A stretch of 64,000 bases of DNA from Deltaproteobacteria bacterium (GTDB lineage: Bacteria; Myxococcota; Myxococcia; SLRQ01): NCBI GenBank assembly GCA_007130885.1, contig SLRQ01000013.1, positions 11,004-75,003 of the forward strand. The letters run 5' to 3'. Below are positions 10,015 through 19,826 of the stretch, piece by piece. Below the pieces are notes generated by a model. That model ran no database searches. It worked only from the letters and a program-made list of their open reading frames with translations, and was not told the DNA's origin. Each line of letters opens with the position of its first letter. Position 1 is the first letter of the stretch. The position numbers were made by a program, and so were the translations under genes.

Positions 10015-11709
10015 ATGGCACAGGACAAGCCGGATAAGGCCGCCGTCTCCGAGATAGCCGCCGAGCAAGCTCGTTGGCGCAAGGAGGTCTGGGGCAAGGC
10101 CCGCGAGAAGCACGGTGAGCGCAAGGAACTTTTCGAGACCCACTCAAAGCTCGCCCTGGAGCCCATCTGCACACCCTCGGACTGGCCGCCGGAGCAGTAC
10201 CTGGAGAAGGCCGGATTCCCTGGTGAGTACCCGTTTACGCGGGGGGTGCAGCCGACATCGTATAGAGGAAGACTTTGGACGATGCGGCAGTACGCCGGAT
10301 TCGGGAGCGCCGAGGAGTCCAACGCTCGTTACCGCTACCTGCTCTCACAGGGTACCACCGGGCTTTCGGTCGCATTCGACCTCCCCACCCAGATGGGCCG
10401 GGACTCCGACCATGCTGTCGCCGCGGGCGAGGTCGGCAGGGTGGGCGTGGCCGTGGATACCATGGAAGACATGGCGACCTTGATGGACCGCATACCCCTC
10501 GACGAGGTGTCCACGTCCATGACCATAAACTCCACGGCGGCTGTGCTTCTGGCTCTGTACCAGGCCAGAGGAGAGGCTACGGGAGTGGCGCCGGAAAGCC
10601 TTCGCGGCACCATACAAAACGACGTGCTCAAGGAGTACATCGCTCGCGGCACCTACATTTACCCACCGGGGCCGGCGCTTCGGATAATAACCGACATCTT
10701 TGCCTACGCTACCGAGGTGCTTCCAAGGTTCAATACGATATCAATCAGCGGATACCACATTCGCGAAGCAGGCAGCACGGCGGTTCAAGAGGTGGCATTC
10801 ACCTTGGCGGATGGGATTTCATACGTTCAGGCGGCCCTGGATGCCGGACTGGACATCGACAAGTTCGCCGGTCGCCTTTCCTTCTTCTTCAACGTGCACA
10901 ACGACTTCATTGAAGAGATAGCCAAGTTCAGGGCGGCACGGCGCCTATGGGCGCGCATCATGAAGGAGCGATTCGGCGCCAAGAATCCCCGATCCATGAT
11001 GCTGCGCTTCCATACCCAGACCGCGGGCTGCACACTGACGGCCCAGCAGCCGGAGGTGAACATCGTTCGTGTGGGGCTCCAGGCCATGGCGGCCGTCCTC
11101 GGAGGTACTCAGTCGCTGCACACGAACAGCATGGACGAGGCTATGGCGCTGCCGACCGAGAAGGCGGTGCGCATCGCTCTGCGCACCCAGCAGGTCATAG
11201 CCCATGAGTCCGGAGTGGCCGATGTGGTGGACCCGTTCGGGGGTGCGCCGCTACTCGAGGACCTCACCGATCGCATCGAGGCCGAGGCCGAGTCCTACAT
11301 AAGCCGAATAGACGAGATGGGCGGCATGGTCGAAGCCATCGCCCAGGGCTTTCCTCAAAAGGAGATCCAAGACGCCTCATACCGCTACCAGCGCGAGTGT
11401 GAGTCCGGTGAGAGGCAGGTAATCGGCGTTACCGGGTTCAAAGTGGATGAAGACGAGGAACCAATCGAGCTTCTGCGGGTGGACCCGGAGATCGAGGAAC
11501 GTCAGCGAGCCCGGGTAGCGGCTTTTCGCGCCGGCCGAAACGAAGCCGGGGTGTCGGCCGGCCTAAAGGCGATCGAGAAGGCGGCGAGGGGGACCGATAA
11601 CCTGATGCCCTTCATAGTGGAGGCCATGAAAGCCGGCTGCACGCTGGGCGAAGTCAGTGACGCCATGCGCGACGTGTTCGGCGAGCACAAGGAAGTCCTG
11701 GTGGTCTAG
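10015..11709 (+). CDS. methylmalonyl-CoA mutase large subunit, substrate-binding TIM-barrel domain only (no B12-binding domain)
   Basis: Strong MCM-family similarity throughout ([55 protein letters not shown]...). The ~565-aa length corresponds to the catalytic barrel without the C-terminal cobalamin domain. ATG 10015 has GGGAGGG 6 nt upstream. The track GTG 9979 is the alternative. Confidence 0.85.
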   Translation: MAQDKPDKAAVSEIAAEQARWRKEVWGKAREKHGERKELFETHSKLALEPICTPSDWPPEQYLEKAGFPGEYPFTRGVQPTSYRGRLWTMRQYAGFGSAEESNARYRYLLSQGTTGLSVAFDLPTQMGRDSDHAVAAGEVGRVGVAVDTMEDMATLMDRIPLDEVSTSMTINSTAAVLLALYQARGEATGVAPESLRGTIQNDVLKEYIARGTYIYPPGPALRIITDIFAYATEVLPRFNTISISGYHIREAGSTAVQEVAFTLADGISYVQAALDAGLDIDKFAGRLSFFFNVHNDFIEEIAKFRAARRLWARIMKERFGAKNPRSMMLRFHTQTAGCTLTAQQPEVNIVRVGLQAMAAVLGGTQSLHTNSMDEAMALPTEKAVRIALRTQQVIAHESGVADVVDPFGGAPLLEDLTDRIEAEAESYISRIDEMGGMVEAIAQGFPQKEIQDASYRYQRECESGERQVIGVTGFKVDEDEEPIELLRVDPEIEERQRARVAAFRAGRNEAGVSAGLKAIEKAARGTDNLMPFIVEAMKAGCTLGEVSDAMRDVFGEHKEVLVV

Positions 11710-12711
11710 TCAGTAGATCTCCGGCTTCGACTTTCGGGCCATCAGCTCCAAGACGGCTTCGGGAGCCGGCTTGTTCTCATACAGAATGCCGTGGACGGCA
11801 TCCGTGATGGGCAGCTCCACTCCCAGCTTGATTCCTAGATCGTGGGCGCTCTTGGTCGTCTTGACGCCTTCGGCCACGGTCCCCAGCTCCCCAAGAATCT
11901 CGTCGAGACGGCGGCCCTTTCCAAGCTCGAACCCCACGGTGCGATTGCGCGAAAGCCCGCCCGTACAGGTAAGGATCAGATCGCCCATGCCGGATAGTCC
12001 CATGAACGTCTGTGCGTGCGCGCCTTTTGCGAGGCCAAGTCTGGTCAGCTCGGCCAGGCCACGGGTTATGAGGGCCGCCCTCGTGTTGTGGCCCAATCCG
12101 AGACCGTCGATTATTCCCGCTCCGATGGCTATGACGTTCTTCAGGGCTCCGCCTATCTCAACGCCCATCACGTCCGTGGACGTGTAGACGCGGAAGTAGG
12201 GGGCAGACAGAAGGTGTTGCGCTCTTGCCGCCACCCTCGGCCAATAGGCCGCCACCGTGACGGCCGTGGGCTGCTTTTGTGCGACCTCCCGGGCGAACGA
12301 GGGGCCGGACACGTAAGCAAGGTAGGGGTGAAGCTTCTCCGGCAATACGTCTTCCAGGATTTCGGCGCAGGTCATCAGGCTCTCGTTCTCGATGCCTTTT
12401 GAAGCCGTTATCAGAGGCACGCCGTCGGAAAGGTACGGCAAGGCCTTGGACATCACCGGTCTTATCGCGGGCGTAGGTACGACCACGAGTATTACCTCGG
12501 CACCCAGCAACGCCGCTTCGATATCCGTGGTAGCCCTAATGCGCTCCGAGAGGGCGGCTCCCGGCAGATAACGAGAGTTCTCGTGCTTGGACTCGATTTG
12601 ATGTGCGACGTCCTCTTCGATGGTCCATATGGTGACCGATGCTCCCGTGTTGCCCAGCAAGTCTGCAAGCGCCGTTCCCCAAGAGCCTCCTCCAAGTACA
12701 GTTGCGTGCAT
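11710..12711 (-). CDS. gpsA: NAD(P)H-dependent glycerol-3-phosphate dehydrogenase
   Basis: N-terminal GGGSWGTALA Rossmann motif. Conserved GpsA core (AVKNVIAIGAG, TCTGGLSRNRTVGFELGKG). Convergent with the mutase gene. Confidence 0.9.
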   Translation of the reverse strand: MHATVLGGGSWGTALADLLGNTGASVTIWTIEEDVAHQIESKHENSRYLPGAALSERIRATTDIEAALLGAEVILVVVPTPAIRPVMSKALPYLSDGVPLITASKGIENESLMTCAEILEDVLPEKLHPYLAYVSGPSFAREVAQKQPTAVTVAAYWPRVAARAQHLLSAPYFRVYTSTDVMGVEIGGALKNVIAIGAGIIDGLGLGHNTRAALITRGLAELTRLGLAKGAHAQTFMGLSGMGDLILTCTGGLSRNRTVGFELGKGRRLDEILGELGTVAEGVKTTKSAHDLGIKLGVELPITDAVHGILYENKPAPEAVLELMARKSKPEIY

Positions 12712-12726
12712 GATGAACTCTCGAGG

Positions 12727-13026
12727 TCAGTAGCCCGCCTCCACCATGTCGAAAGCCATCTTGCGTATCAAGGTTCGGCGAAGCATGGAGCGGCAAGAGC
12801 TGACTTGCTGTGAGGCATGGGAGGCGGTGCGAGTCAGGTAGCGGAGGTCCTTGGCCGAGGCTTTGCTCGCGAGCGTCAAGACGAGGTCTACCTTTTGGTT
12901 GTCAATTCGTGTGAAGTGCTCGTCTTCTCGTTGCTCGAGGAAGAAGTCCAGCCCATGCCTACGCAGGAATATGTTCATGAGGCGGTGGGCGCGGCTGTGC
13001 AGCGCGATCTCGATTACGTTTGCCAT
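12727..13026 (-). CDS. hypothetical protein (99 aa)
   Basis: ORF upstream of gpsA on the same strand. No RBS and no recognisable motif. Confidence 0.25.
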   Translation of the reverse strand: MANVIEIALHSRAHRLMNIFLRRHGLDFFLEQREDEHFTRIDNQKVDLVLTLASKASAKDLRYLTRTASHASQQVSSCRSMLRRTLIRKMAFDMVEAGY

Positions 13027-13078
13027 GTGTGGGGAATGGTAGCCGACGGTCGCGGGGCGTAAAGAAAACAGACATCTC

Positions 13079-13576
13079 TTATTGGGTGGAAGGTGCGTGA
13101 TGCCTCCCGATGCCGAGCCCCAAGGTGGGAAGCACTTGCCAATGCGTCCAGGATCGATGCGACCAACTCGCTGTCGACACGGCGGAAATGCCCGTGCCTA
13201 TGCGGACTGGCCCGTAGCGCCATGCCAGGCCTCCCAGAAGTCCCGTGGGCAACAGCAGGCGGGTTTGAGCTCCACCGGTCAGGTAGAAACCGTGCTTCTC
13301 CGTGGTCGCAAGGGGCACCTCGAGAACCATGGATTGAGATCGCAGCGATGCTCCGATGTGAAGGCCGCGGTAAGGTGTTCGCCAAACAGCCTTGACCTGG
13401 CTTACCCACCGTACCGTGGTGGAGGTGGGAAAAACGCTAAAGTAGTGTACATCGTAGTTTAGCCATGTCCCTGGGTCCTCGGAGATCAGGTCGATCCTAT
13501 CGAAAGCAAAGGTGGCGTCCGGCTCACGTTCGAGTGCTCCGCCCAGGATGGCGAGCGCTATCAGCGCGGCAGGCAT
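13079..13576 (-). CDS. hypothetical secreted protein (signal peptide, possible small beta-barrel)
   Basis: N-terminal MPAALIALAILGGALE signal-like segment with alternating hydrophobic strands. Overlaps the GDPD 3' end by 16 nt, which suggests co-transcription. Confidence 0.4.
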   Translation of the reverse strand: MPAALIALAILGGALEREPDATFAFDRIDLISEDPGTWLNYDVHYFSVFPTSTTVRWVSQVKAVWRTPYRGLHIGASLRSQSMVLEVPLATTEKHGFYLTGGAQTRLLLPTGLLGGLAWRYGPVRIGTGISAVSTASWSHRSWTHWQVLPTLGLGIGRHHAPSTQ

Positions 13577-14481
13577 GGTGCACGCTCCGGGAAGTCGGTG
13601 ATTAGGGCGTCAATCGGCCACCGGCAGAAGCGGTCGAGATCCTTCTCCTCGTTTACGGTCCATACCATCACTTGGAGACCGGAGTCCCTCGCTGCTCTCG
13701 CGGCGTGCCAGTCGATAATCTCAAAGGGCCAGGCGATGCCGTCCGCTTCGGCACGCTTTGCCGTCCCCAGCGCGTCGCGAATGCCGAGAGATCCCAGCAG
13801 CTCGGTGCCCAGGGCGACCCGAGTGGAGTCGCTGTCCGGCGGAAAGCGCGGGTAAATGAGTATGGTGGTAATGGGGTCGCCGTCCATCCAGTCACGAAAA
13901 GCGACAAGAAGCTCGGGCAGGTTGGCGCTGACATACCAAGGGTTTTCGAGCCCGGACGTGGTCCATCTGCCCAGTATCTCTTCGGCGAAGACCTCCGGGG
14001 GCGGCGTCAGCCCCGGCTCGTACTTCACGTCGAGCTGTATCCAGGTTTCCGGGTAATCTCGCACCGCCTCGATCAGCTCATCCAGCTGCAAGAGTGGCTC
14101 GGCGAGAACCTGTGCGTCGGGGAACTCGGGATCTGGGATGCCCCCGCACTTGTAATCCAAGAGCCTCTCACTTGAGATTTCGGCTACCAAAATGCGCTCG
14201 CCGAATGGCTTCCCGTCGGAAAGAGTGCATCGGTCCGGCTCGAGCCAGGGGTCGTGGGCTATGACCGGCACGCCGTCACTAGTCAGGACGATGTCTATCT
14301 CGATGGCCGGATAGCCTCGCTCGAGCGACTCGCGTACCGCGCTTCTGGAGTTCTCCGGCCAGTGGGAGGGGGCGGCCCGGTGAGCTACGACCAGGGGGGC
14401 CGTGTCCGCCGTCCCGATTCCGCACGCCGTGGCCAGGAGCAAGTAGACGGGAATATGCCTCGAAATTGAGCCGAATGTCAT
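13561..14481 (-). CDS. glycerophosphodiester phosphodiesterase family protein (secreted)
   Basis: GDPD catalytic motifs VVAHRAAP...ENS and IEIDIVLTSDGVPVIAHD. N-terminal signal peptide. Confidence 0.75.
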   Translation of the reverse strand: MTFGSISRHIPVYLLLATACGIGTADTAPLVVAHRAAPSHWPENSRSAVRESLERGYPAIEIDIVLTSDGVPVIAHDPWLEPDRCTLSDGKPFGERILVAEISSERLLDYKCGGIPDPEFPDAQVLAEPLLQLDELIEAVRDYPETWIQLDVKYEPGLTPPPEVFAEEILGRWTTSGLENPWYVSANLPELLVAFRDWMDGDPITTILIYPRFPPDSDSTRVALGTELLGSLGIRDALGTAKRAEADGIAWPFEIIDWHAARAARDSGLQVMVWTVNEEKDLDRFCRWPIDALITDFPERAPCLPR

Positions 14482-14561
14482 GGGGCTGCATCATACTTCA
14501 TCTGCGATCGCACGGGTGTTGGGTCGTTCCCGGGGGTGCGGCGGCTGACGGATTCGGGTAC

Positions 14562-15698
14562 ATGAAGGCTATGTCACTTGGCTCCGGCTTCGATGGGTGC
14601 CGCACGGGCGGTGAGGACGGCTTTCTTTCCTGGACGCGGTTTATCGGGCGAGCGCTTTTCTCCAGCTCGGCGGTAACGCCTCCAGATGGTGACCCTCCCT
14701 TGGATTTGCTGTCACGCGCGGCACTGGGACCGGCGCTTCATGTCGCGCTTAGGTCCCGAGATGATGAGCGCGCCGCGGTCCTCGAGGATGTTCACGCCGG
14801 TTCCTCGGCCCAGAGCATTGTTCTGTTTGAGCTTGCGGAACGGGTTCGAGATTGGCTGGAAGAAGCAGATGTGCCGTTCGTGGCCCTGAAGGGAGTTCAA
14901 AGCGTGGCGAGGTTCTGCGCCGATGACATGGCCGCTAGACCTTTGGCTGATGTGGACATGCTCGTTGGCCGGCGCGACTTTCCCTTTGTCCTGGATAAGC
15001 TTCTCGCAAAGGGGCTTTGTCTTTCCAAGCCGCACAAGCCATTCACCAACCGCTGGGCCTGCAGCATCTCTCTCGTCTCGAAGCAGGGCCGGATGAAGGC
15101 CATGCTCGACCTGCATCAGGCGCTCCATAACTGGCCACTGTTGTCCTCCATGTCTCGGTGGGTAATGGACACCCGCGAGGAGGTAGGAGGCTGGCCCGTT
15201 CCAAGCATCCCGGCTTCGCTGCTGATAATTGCGGCACACAGATTCCGCCACGCGTTCATGGGTGATGCGCGCGAGGTGCTGGATGCGGCGTGGCTCCTCC
15301 GGGCCGCTTCTCGAGATATTTGGTTCGATACTCTGGATGCCGCCGGACGCTACGATCTTCTGCCGGCGCTTTACGTGGTGATGTGGCAAGCGGTGCACTG
15401 GTTCGGGGGCTCGGATGAGGACAAACGGCGGGTCCTCGATTTGCGAGCCTCGGTTGGCGCCGTGAGATCCTACGCGCTCGAGAAGTTGATCTCACTTGAA
15501 GCCGGCGTTACCCGCGGTTCGAGCTTGCCCGGCGGTTTTGTTGGGCTGTACCTTCCAATGCCTCTGGCGATGACCGGGATCTTGCCTCCCTTGGTGGCCA
15601 TGGCGGGATATACGGGTTCGCGCGTTATGGACGAGGTCGTCACCGGAGGTCGAAGCGGGCTGGTCAGCCGTTTGGTCGGAAGGCGCGTTGGTGAATAG
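14562..15698 (+). CDS. uncharacterised nucleotidyltransferase-like protein (NTP_transf_5-like)
   Basis: LADVDMLVGRRDF resembles the DxD nucleotidyltransferase motif of the 'uncharacterised nucleotidyltransferase' family. Divergent from the GDPD gene. Start chosen at ATG 14562, the first ATG after the divergent gene's start. Confidence 0.4.
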   Translation: MKAMSLGSGFDGCRTGGEDGFLSWTRFIGRALFSSSAVTPPDGDPPLDLLSRAALGPALHVALRSRDDERAAVLEDVHAGSSAQSIVLFELAERVRDWLEEADVPFVALKGVQSVARFCADDMAARPLADVDMLVGRRDFPFVLDKLLAKGLCLSKPHKPFTNRWACSISLVSKQGRMKAMLDLHQALHNWPLLSSMSRWVMDTREEVGGWPVPSIPASLLIIAAHRFRHAFMGDAREVLDAAWLLRAASRDIWFDTLDAAGRYDLLPALYVVMWQAVHWFGGSDEDKRRVLDLRASVGAVRSYALEKLISLEAGVTRGSSLPGGFVGLYLPMPLAMTGILPPLVAMAGYTGSRVMDEVVTGGRSGLVSRLVGRRVGE

Positions 15699-16058
15699 CG
15701 GGGGACCATGGACATTGCTTTTTGAAATGGCCGGAACCATCGAAGTCGGCGGGAGACCACAATAATGGAAGTCAAGAACGCGTATCCACCGGACAATGCA
15801 AAAGCCGGCATTTATTTTTGACGGTAGAAATATTTTGAACGGCGATGAGATGAGAAGAATAGGTTTTTGCGTCTATCAGGTGGGGAAGGGATCCGCGGAC
15901 GCGGCGATAGGTCTAGAGCCTTGGAGCGGGTGATGTAGAGACGTGCTCGAGGCAAAGCGCGGCTGCAAGTTGGTGATTCCGCGGAGAAGATGGTTCGCGG
16001 ACGGCCTTGGCTTCTAAGACGTTGCGAAGGTGGTGTCAGGCGGCGTAATCTACGGATT

Positions 16059-19000
16059 ATGAACAGTTGTGGCTCCAAGCTCGTTGGTTGGACGGTGCTC
16101 ATGGCCGCATGGGCGGTTTCGGCATGCGGCACGTTGGAGCTGACGGGCATCGATCTTCGCATTCATTCCGAAGAGGCGGGGGAGATGGAGTGGATGGAAG
16201 TCGCCGTTTATGATTCCGGTGGAGAGATGATGCACTCTCCCGAGCGGCGTCCGGAGGGGGGGCGCCCCGTGAAGAGCACTGAAACGGTCTTGATTCTGTT
16301 GCCCGGAGAGCTTGATGGAGAGCTGGTTCTAGTCCACGTCATGGGCTTTTACGGGCAGCATGTGGTGGCTGAAGGCGCCGTCGAGGTGGTGGTTGAAGCG
16401 GGAGTGCTTCAAGAGGCGGAGGTAGAGCTGAACTTGCTCGGCTACTGCGAGACCGATGAGGATTGCGCCAAAGGCGAAGTTTGCTTGCCGGAGGGATGGT
16501 GTGCCTCCGGCTGCATGGTGGAGGACGTTTTTGCGGAGCCTGGGGAGCCAAGCCCCGACAACGAATGCTTGATTTGTAAGCCGGATGTCTCGACGCGCGA
16601 ATGGGTCCCCTCGGATGCCGGTACTTCGTGCGGTGACGGAAAGGTCTGCGATGGGGCGGGCAAGTGCGTCATGGATGATCCGGGGCGCGTGGCGGTGCTG
16701 GTCGAGGTGGGTGGGCTCGGCGGGGGGAAGGTGCACTCGGAGCCGGGAGTGATCGACTGCGGTAGTGTTTGTAGTGCCTTGGTCGAGATAGGCAGCACCC
16801 TGAGCTTGACTGCTGTTCCCGACGAGGAAAGCATGTTCTCGGAATGGCGGGGGGATGCCTGCGTGGAAAGTGAGTCGACGTGCACCTTGACCGTCGAGGA
16901 ACAGGTCGTGGTCACCGCCCGGTTCGATGTGAAGGTTCACGAGCTGGAGGTGAGCTTGGCGGGCACGGGTAGCGGCAATGTGGTCTCCACGGACGGGGTC
17001 ATTGACTGCGGTGGCGGCGACTGCAGCGCCCTGTATGAGCACGGCGAGACGGTGACTCTCGTAAAATCCGTACAACCGGGCAGCGAGTTTGTGGGATGGG
17101 AAGGGGCTTGCGAAGGGAGTGAAGATACGTGCGAGCTTTCCATCACGGAGGATACGCAAGTCATAGCCGAGTTCGATTTGCACCGGCACGAGCTCACAGT
17201 AGATGTTTTTGGAGGTGGGGAAGGGCACGTCCAGTCGGACGACGGCGCGATTGACTGCCACGCCGCCGGCGGGTCGTGCCGGGCCACGTATGGGCACGGT
17301 GATGAGGTGGTGCTTACGCGTTCGGTCGCGGAAGGCAGCGTTTTTGCCGGTTGGGGAGAGGCCTGTGACTCTTCCTCGGAGACGTGCAAGCTTACGATGA
17401 CGGGGGCGTTGGAGGTGACGGCGGAGATCGTAATGGAGGTGTTCGAGCTTGCGGTGACGGTTGTGGGAACCGGCTCGGGCACCGTGGAATCATCGGATGG
17501 AGCTATTCTTTGTGGAGGTGGGGACTCTGATTGCGTGGCCGAGTATGAGTTCGGGCAGGAGGTGTCCTTGACTAGAGAGAGTGGCTCGGGAAGTCGCTTC
17601 GCCGGTTGGGGCGGGGCGTGCGCGGGGTCGGATCGAAGCTGTGACTTCGTAATGAATGATGATCTAGTCGTGTTTGCGACCTTCGAGCTTCGAACTTATG
17701 AGCTCGACGTGAGCTGGACCGGCGATGGTGACGGTACGGTAAGGTCCGCGGATGGGGCAATCGAATGCGGGGTGGAAGGCTCTGATTGCTCCGCTATTTA
17801 CAGCCACGGTCAAACAGTGGTTCTTACCCCCGAGTCTGTTTCGAGCAGCCACTTCGAGGGATGGGGCGGAAGCTGCCAGGGGGACGCTTCGACCTGTGAG
17901 CTGACGATGACGGCTAATCGGAGTGCGAGTGCGCGATTCCAGCTCAACTCTTACACGTTATCAGTGACGGTGACAGGGAGCGGGGAGGGGACTGTAACCT
18001 CCACCGGAGGCACAATAGAGTGTGGTTCCGGGGGAACGAAATGCGACGCCGCGTATTTGCATGGGCAGATGGTGAACCTGACCGCCACCTGGGGAACCTA
18101 CAGCGAGCTTACGGCGTGGGGGGGGGCGTGCGCTCATGCGGAAGAATCTTCGTGCCTCCTGGAGGTGACCGGTACTACCGAGGTGGTGGCGGAGATCAAC
18201 TTGATAACCCATGAGATCCAGGTCGATACGCTTGGTAACGGCGCCGGAACTATCACGACTGCGGACCAGGACATCGATTGCGGCGATGGAAAAGAGAGCT
18301 GTGAGGCGAGCTATGAGCATGGCTCCATGGTTACGCTGCACGCCGAGGCCAGCGAAGGTAGCACGTTCGTGGGATGGAGCGGCGACTGCGCTCATGCCGG
18401 TATGGACGAAGAATGCGCGCTCGAAGTCACCGAGAGTAGAGATGCCGCGGCTGAGTTCACGCTCAACTCATACGTGTTGACGGTCGAGACGAGGGGGGAC
18501 GGCGAGGGCACGGTCTCTTCAACGCCAGAAGGCATCGACTGCGGGAACAAGTGCGAGGCCACTTACTTATATGGCCAAGTGGTTTCTCTGCAGCAGAGTT
18601 ACAGTGGCCATAACGAGTTCATCGGATGGGGAGGGGACTGCTCGGGCGACGATGATACCTGCGAGCTGCTCATTTCAGGAGATCATCTAGTGACTGCTCG
18701 GTTCGAGCCTCGAAGATATATGCTTTCGGTCAGCACCGTCGGCAACGGAGAGGGAACCGTCATGACGGATGATGGAGTGATCGATTGCGGGCACGAAAGT
18801 TGGAGCTGCTCGGTGCTCATCACATACGGAGAGACGGTGGTGCTGAACCAGTCCGCCGAGCCGAGCAGCTACTTTTCGAGCTGGTACGGCGACTGCGCAT
18901 CGGCGGGCGTTTCCTGTTTGGTACAGATGGAAGGACACAGGAGCGTCGATGCCGATTTCTCCTTGAAAAGCTATCCGCTGGAGGTCAGCAAGGAAGGGAG

Positions 19001-19691
19001 TGGTGGGGGTACGGTTATCTCCGAGCCCGGTGATATTCTGTGTGGTCTTTCATGCGAGGATGAGTTCGATCACTATACCGAGGTGACTCTGTCGGCGACG
19101 CCGGATGAGCACAGTGCATTCGTCGGGTGGTCAGGAGCCGGCTGCAGTGGTACCGGCTCGTGCATTGTTCCAATGACACAAGCTCGTAGTGTCATAGCAA
19201 GATTCGGGCGAAAGGGCAGAGTTCTTAGGGAGTACTGGCTGGGCATCTCCGGAACGGCGGTTTCGGACCTGACCAATCATTCGAATTTCCCCGACAACCC
19301 AAGCGGAGCTACTTTCCCGACGATTTTCGAGGGTCCCACCAACTGGACAAACCACTATGGCACGCGAATGCGAGGATATATTCATGCGCCATATACCGGA
19401 GATTATGTTTTCTGGATAGCGAGCGACGACAACAGCGAGCTTTGGCTCAGCACGGACCCCAACCCGGCCAACAAGGTGTTGATCGCTTACGTGCCTGTCT
19501 GGACCAATCCCAGGGAATGGAACAAGTTTTCTTCCCAGCAGTCGCAGCCCATTCACCTAAGGGCCGGTCAAACATATTACATCGAGGCATTGCATAAGGA
19601 ACACGAGGGCGGGGACAATATCGCTGTTGCTTGGCAGCCGCCCGGTGAAAGCCGGCAAGTCATTCCCGGCGCCTTCTTGTCACAATATTAA
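16059..19691 (+). CDS. giant surface lipoprotein: 13 tandem InlB-type B-repeat-like domains + C-terminal PA14 domain
   Basis: Lipobox signal MNSCGSKLVGWTVLMAAWAVSACG. About 13 copies of a ~78-aa unit with the pattern G.G.G.V.S..G.I.CG....C...Y.HG..V.L.A.P..GS.F.GW.G.C.G....C.L.M.....V.A.F. Terminal GYIHAPYTGDYVFWIASDDNSELWL...YYIEALHKEHEGGDNIAVAWQ is PA14-like. AT-richer promoter-like region 15700-16050. Confidence 0.8.
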   Translation: MNSCGSKLVGWTVLMAAWAVSACGTLELTGIDLRIHSEEAGEMEWMEVAVYDSGGEMMHSPERRPEGGRPVKSTETVLILLPGELDGELVLVHVMGFYGQHVVAEGAVEVVVEAGVLQEAEVELNLLGYCETDEDCAKGEVCLPEGWCASGCMVEDVFAEPGEPSPDNECLICKPDVSTREWVPSDAGTSCGDGKVCDGAGKCVMDDPGRVAVLVEVGGLGGGKVHSEPGVIDCGSVCSALVEIGSTLSLTAVPDEESMFSEWRGDACVESESTCTLTVEEQVVVTARFDVKVHELEVSLAGTGSGNVVSTDGVIDCGGGDCSALYEHGETVTLVKSVQPGSEFVGWEGACEGSEDTCELSITEDTQVIAEFDLHRHELTVDVFGGGEGHVQSDDGAIDCHAAGGSCRATYGHGDEVVLTRSVAEGSVFAGWGEACDSSSETCKLTMTGALEVTAEIVMEVFELAVTVVGTGSGTVESSDGAILCGGGDSDCVAEYEFGQEVSLTRESGSGSRFAGWGGACAGSDRSCDFVMNDDLVVFATFELRTYELDVSWTGDGDGTVRSADGAIECGVEGSDCSAIYSHGQTVVLTPESVSSSHFEGWGGSCQGDASTCELTMTANRSASARFQLNSYTLSVTVTGSGEGTVTSTGGTIECGSGGTKCDAAYLHGQMVNLTATWGTYSELTAWGGACAHAEESSCLLEVTGTTEVVAEINLITHEIQVDTLGNGAGTITTADQDIDCGDGKESCEASYEHGSMVTLHAEASEGSTFVGWSGDCAHAGMDEECALEVTESRDAAAEFTLNSYVLTVETRGDGEGTVSSTPEGIDCGNKCEATYLYGQVVSLQQSYSGHNEFIGWGGDCSGDDDTCELLISGDHLVTARFEPRRYMLSVSTVGNGEGTVMTDDGVIDCGHESWSCSVLITYGETVVLNQSAEPSSYFSSWYGDCASAGVSCLVQMEGHRSVDADFSLKSYPLEVSKEGSGGGTVISEPGDILCGLSCEDEFDHYTEVTLSATPDEHSAFVGWSGAGCSGTGSCIVPMTQARSVIARFGRKGRVLREYWLGISGTAVSDLTNHSNFPDNPSGATFPTIFEGPTNWTNHYGTRMRGYIHAPYTGDYVFWIASDDNSELWLSTDPNPANKVLIAYVPVWTNPREWNKFSSQQSQPIHLRAGQTYYIEALHKEHEGGDNIAVAWQPPGESRQVIPGAFLSQY
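16670..19200 (+). repeat. intragenic tandem array of ~13 units of ~235-240 bp encoding the B-repeat domains
   Basis: Periodicity visible in the protein translation. Units are divergent (about 30-50% aa identity). Confidence 0.7.
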
Positions 19692-19826
19692 TCCGCACAG
19701 TATGGTGCCTCGAGTTCATAGGTCATCCCAGCATACAGGAAGCTACTCGCAAGAGAGCATGCCGGCTCAGCACTTTCTCTTCGTTTCATCAATTAAAAAA
19801 GCAGTAATTGTACCGGAGGCATCAAG

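Noticed and set aside
16329-17297. 322-aa - ORF
   Set aside because: It is antisense to the repeat region of the giant B-repeat lipoprotein and has no features.
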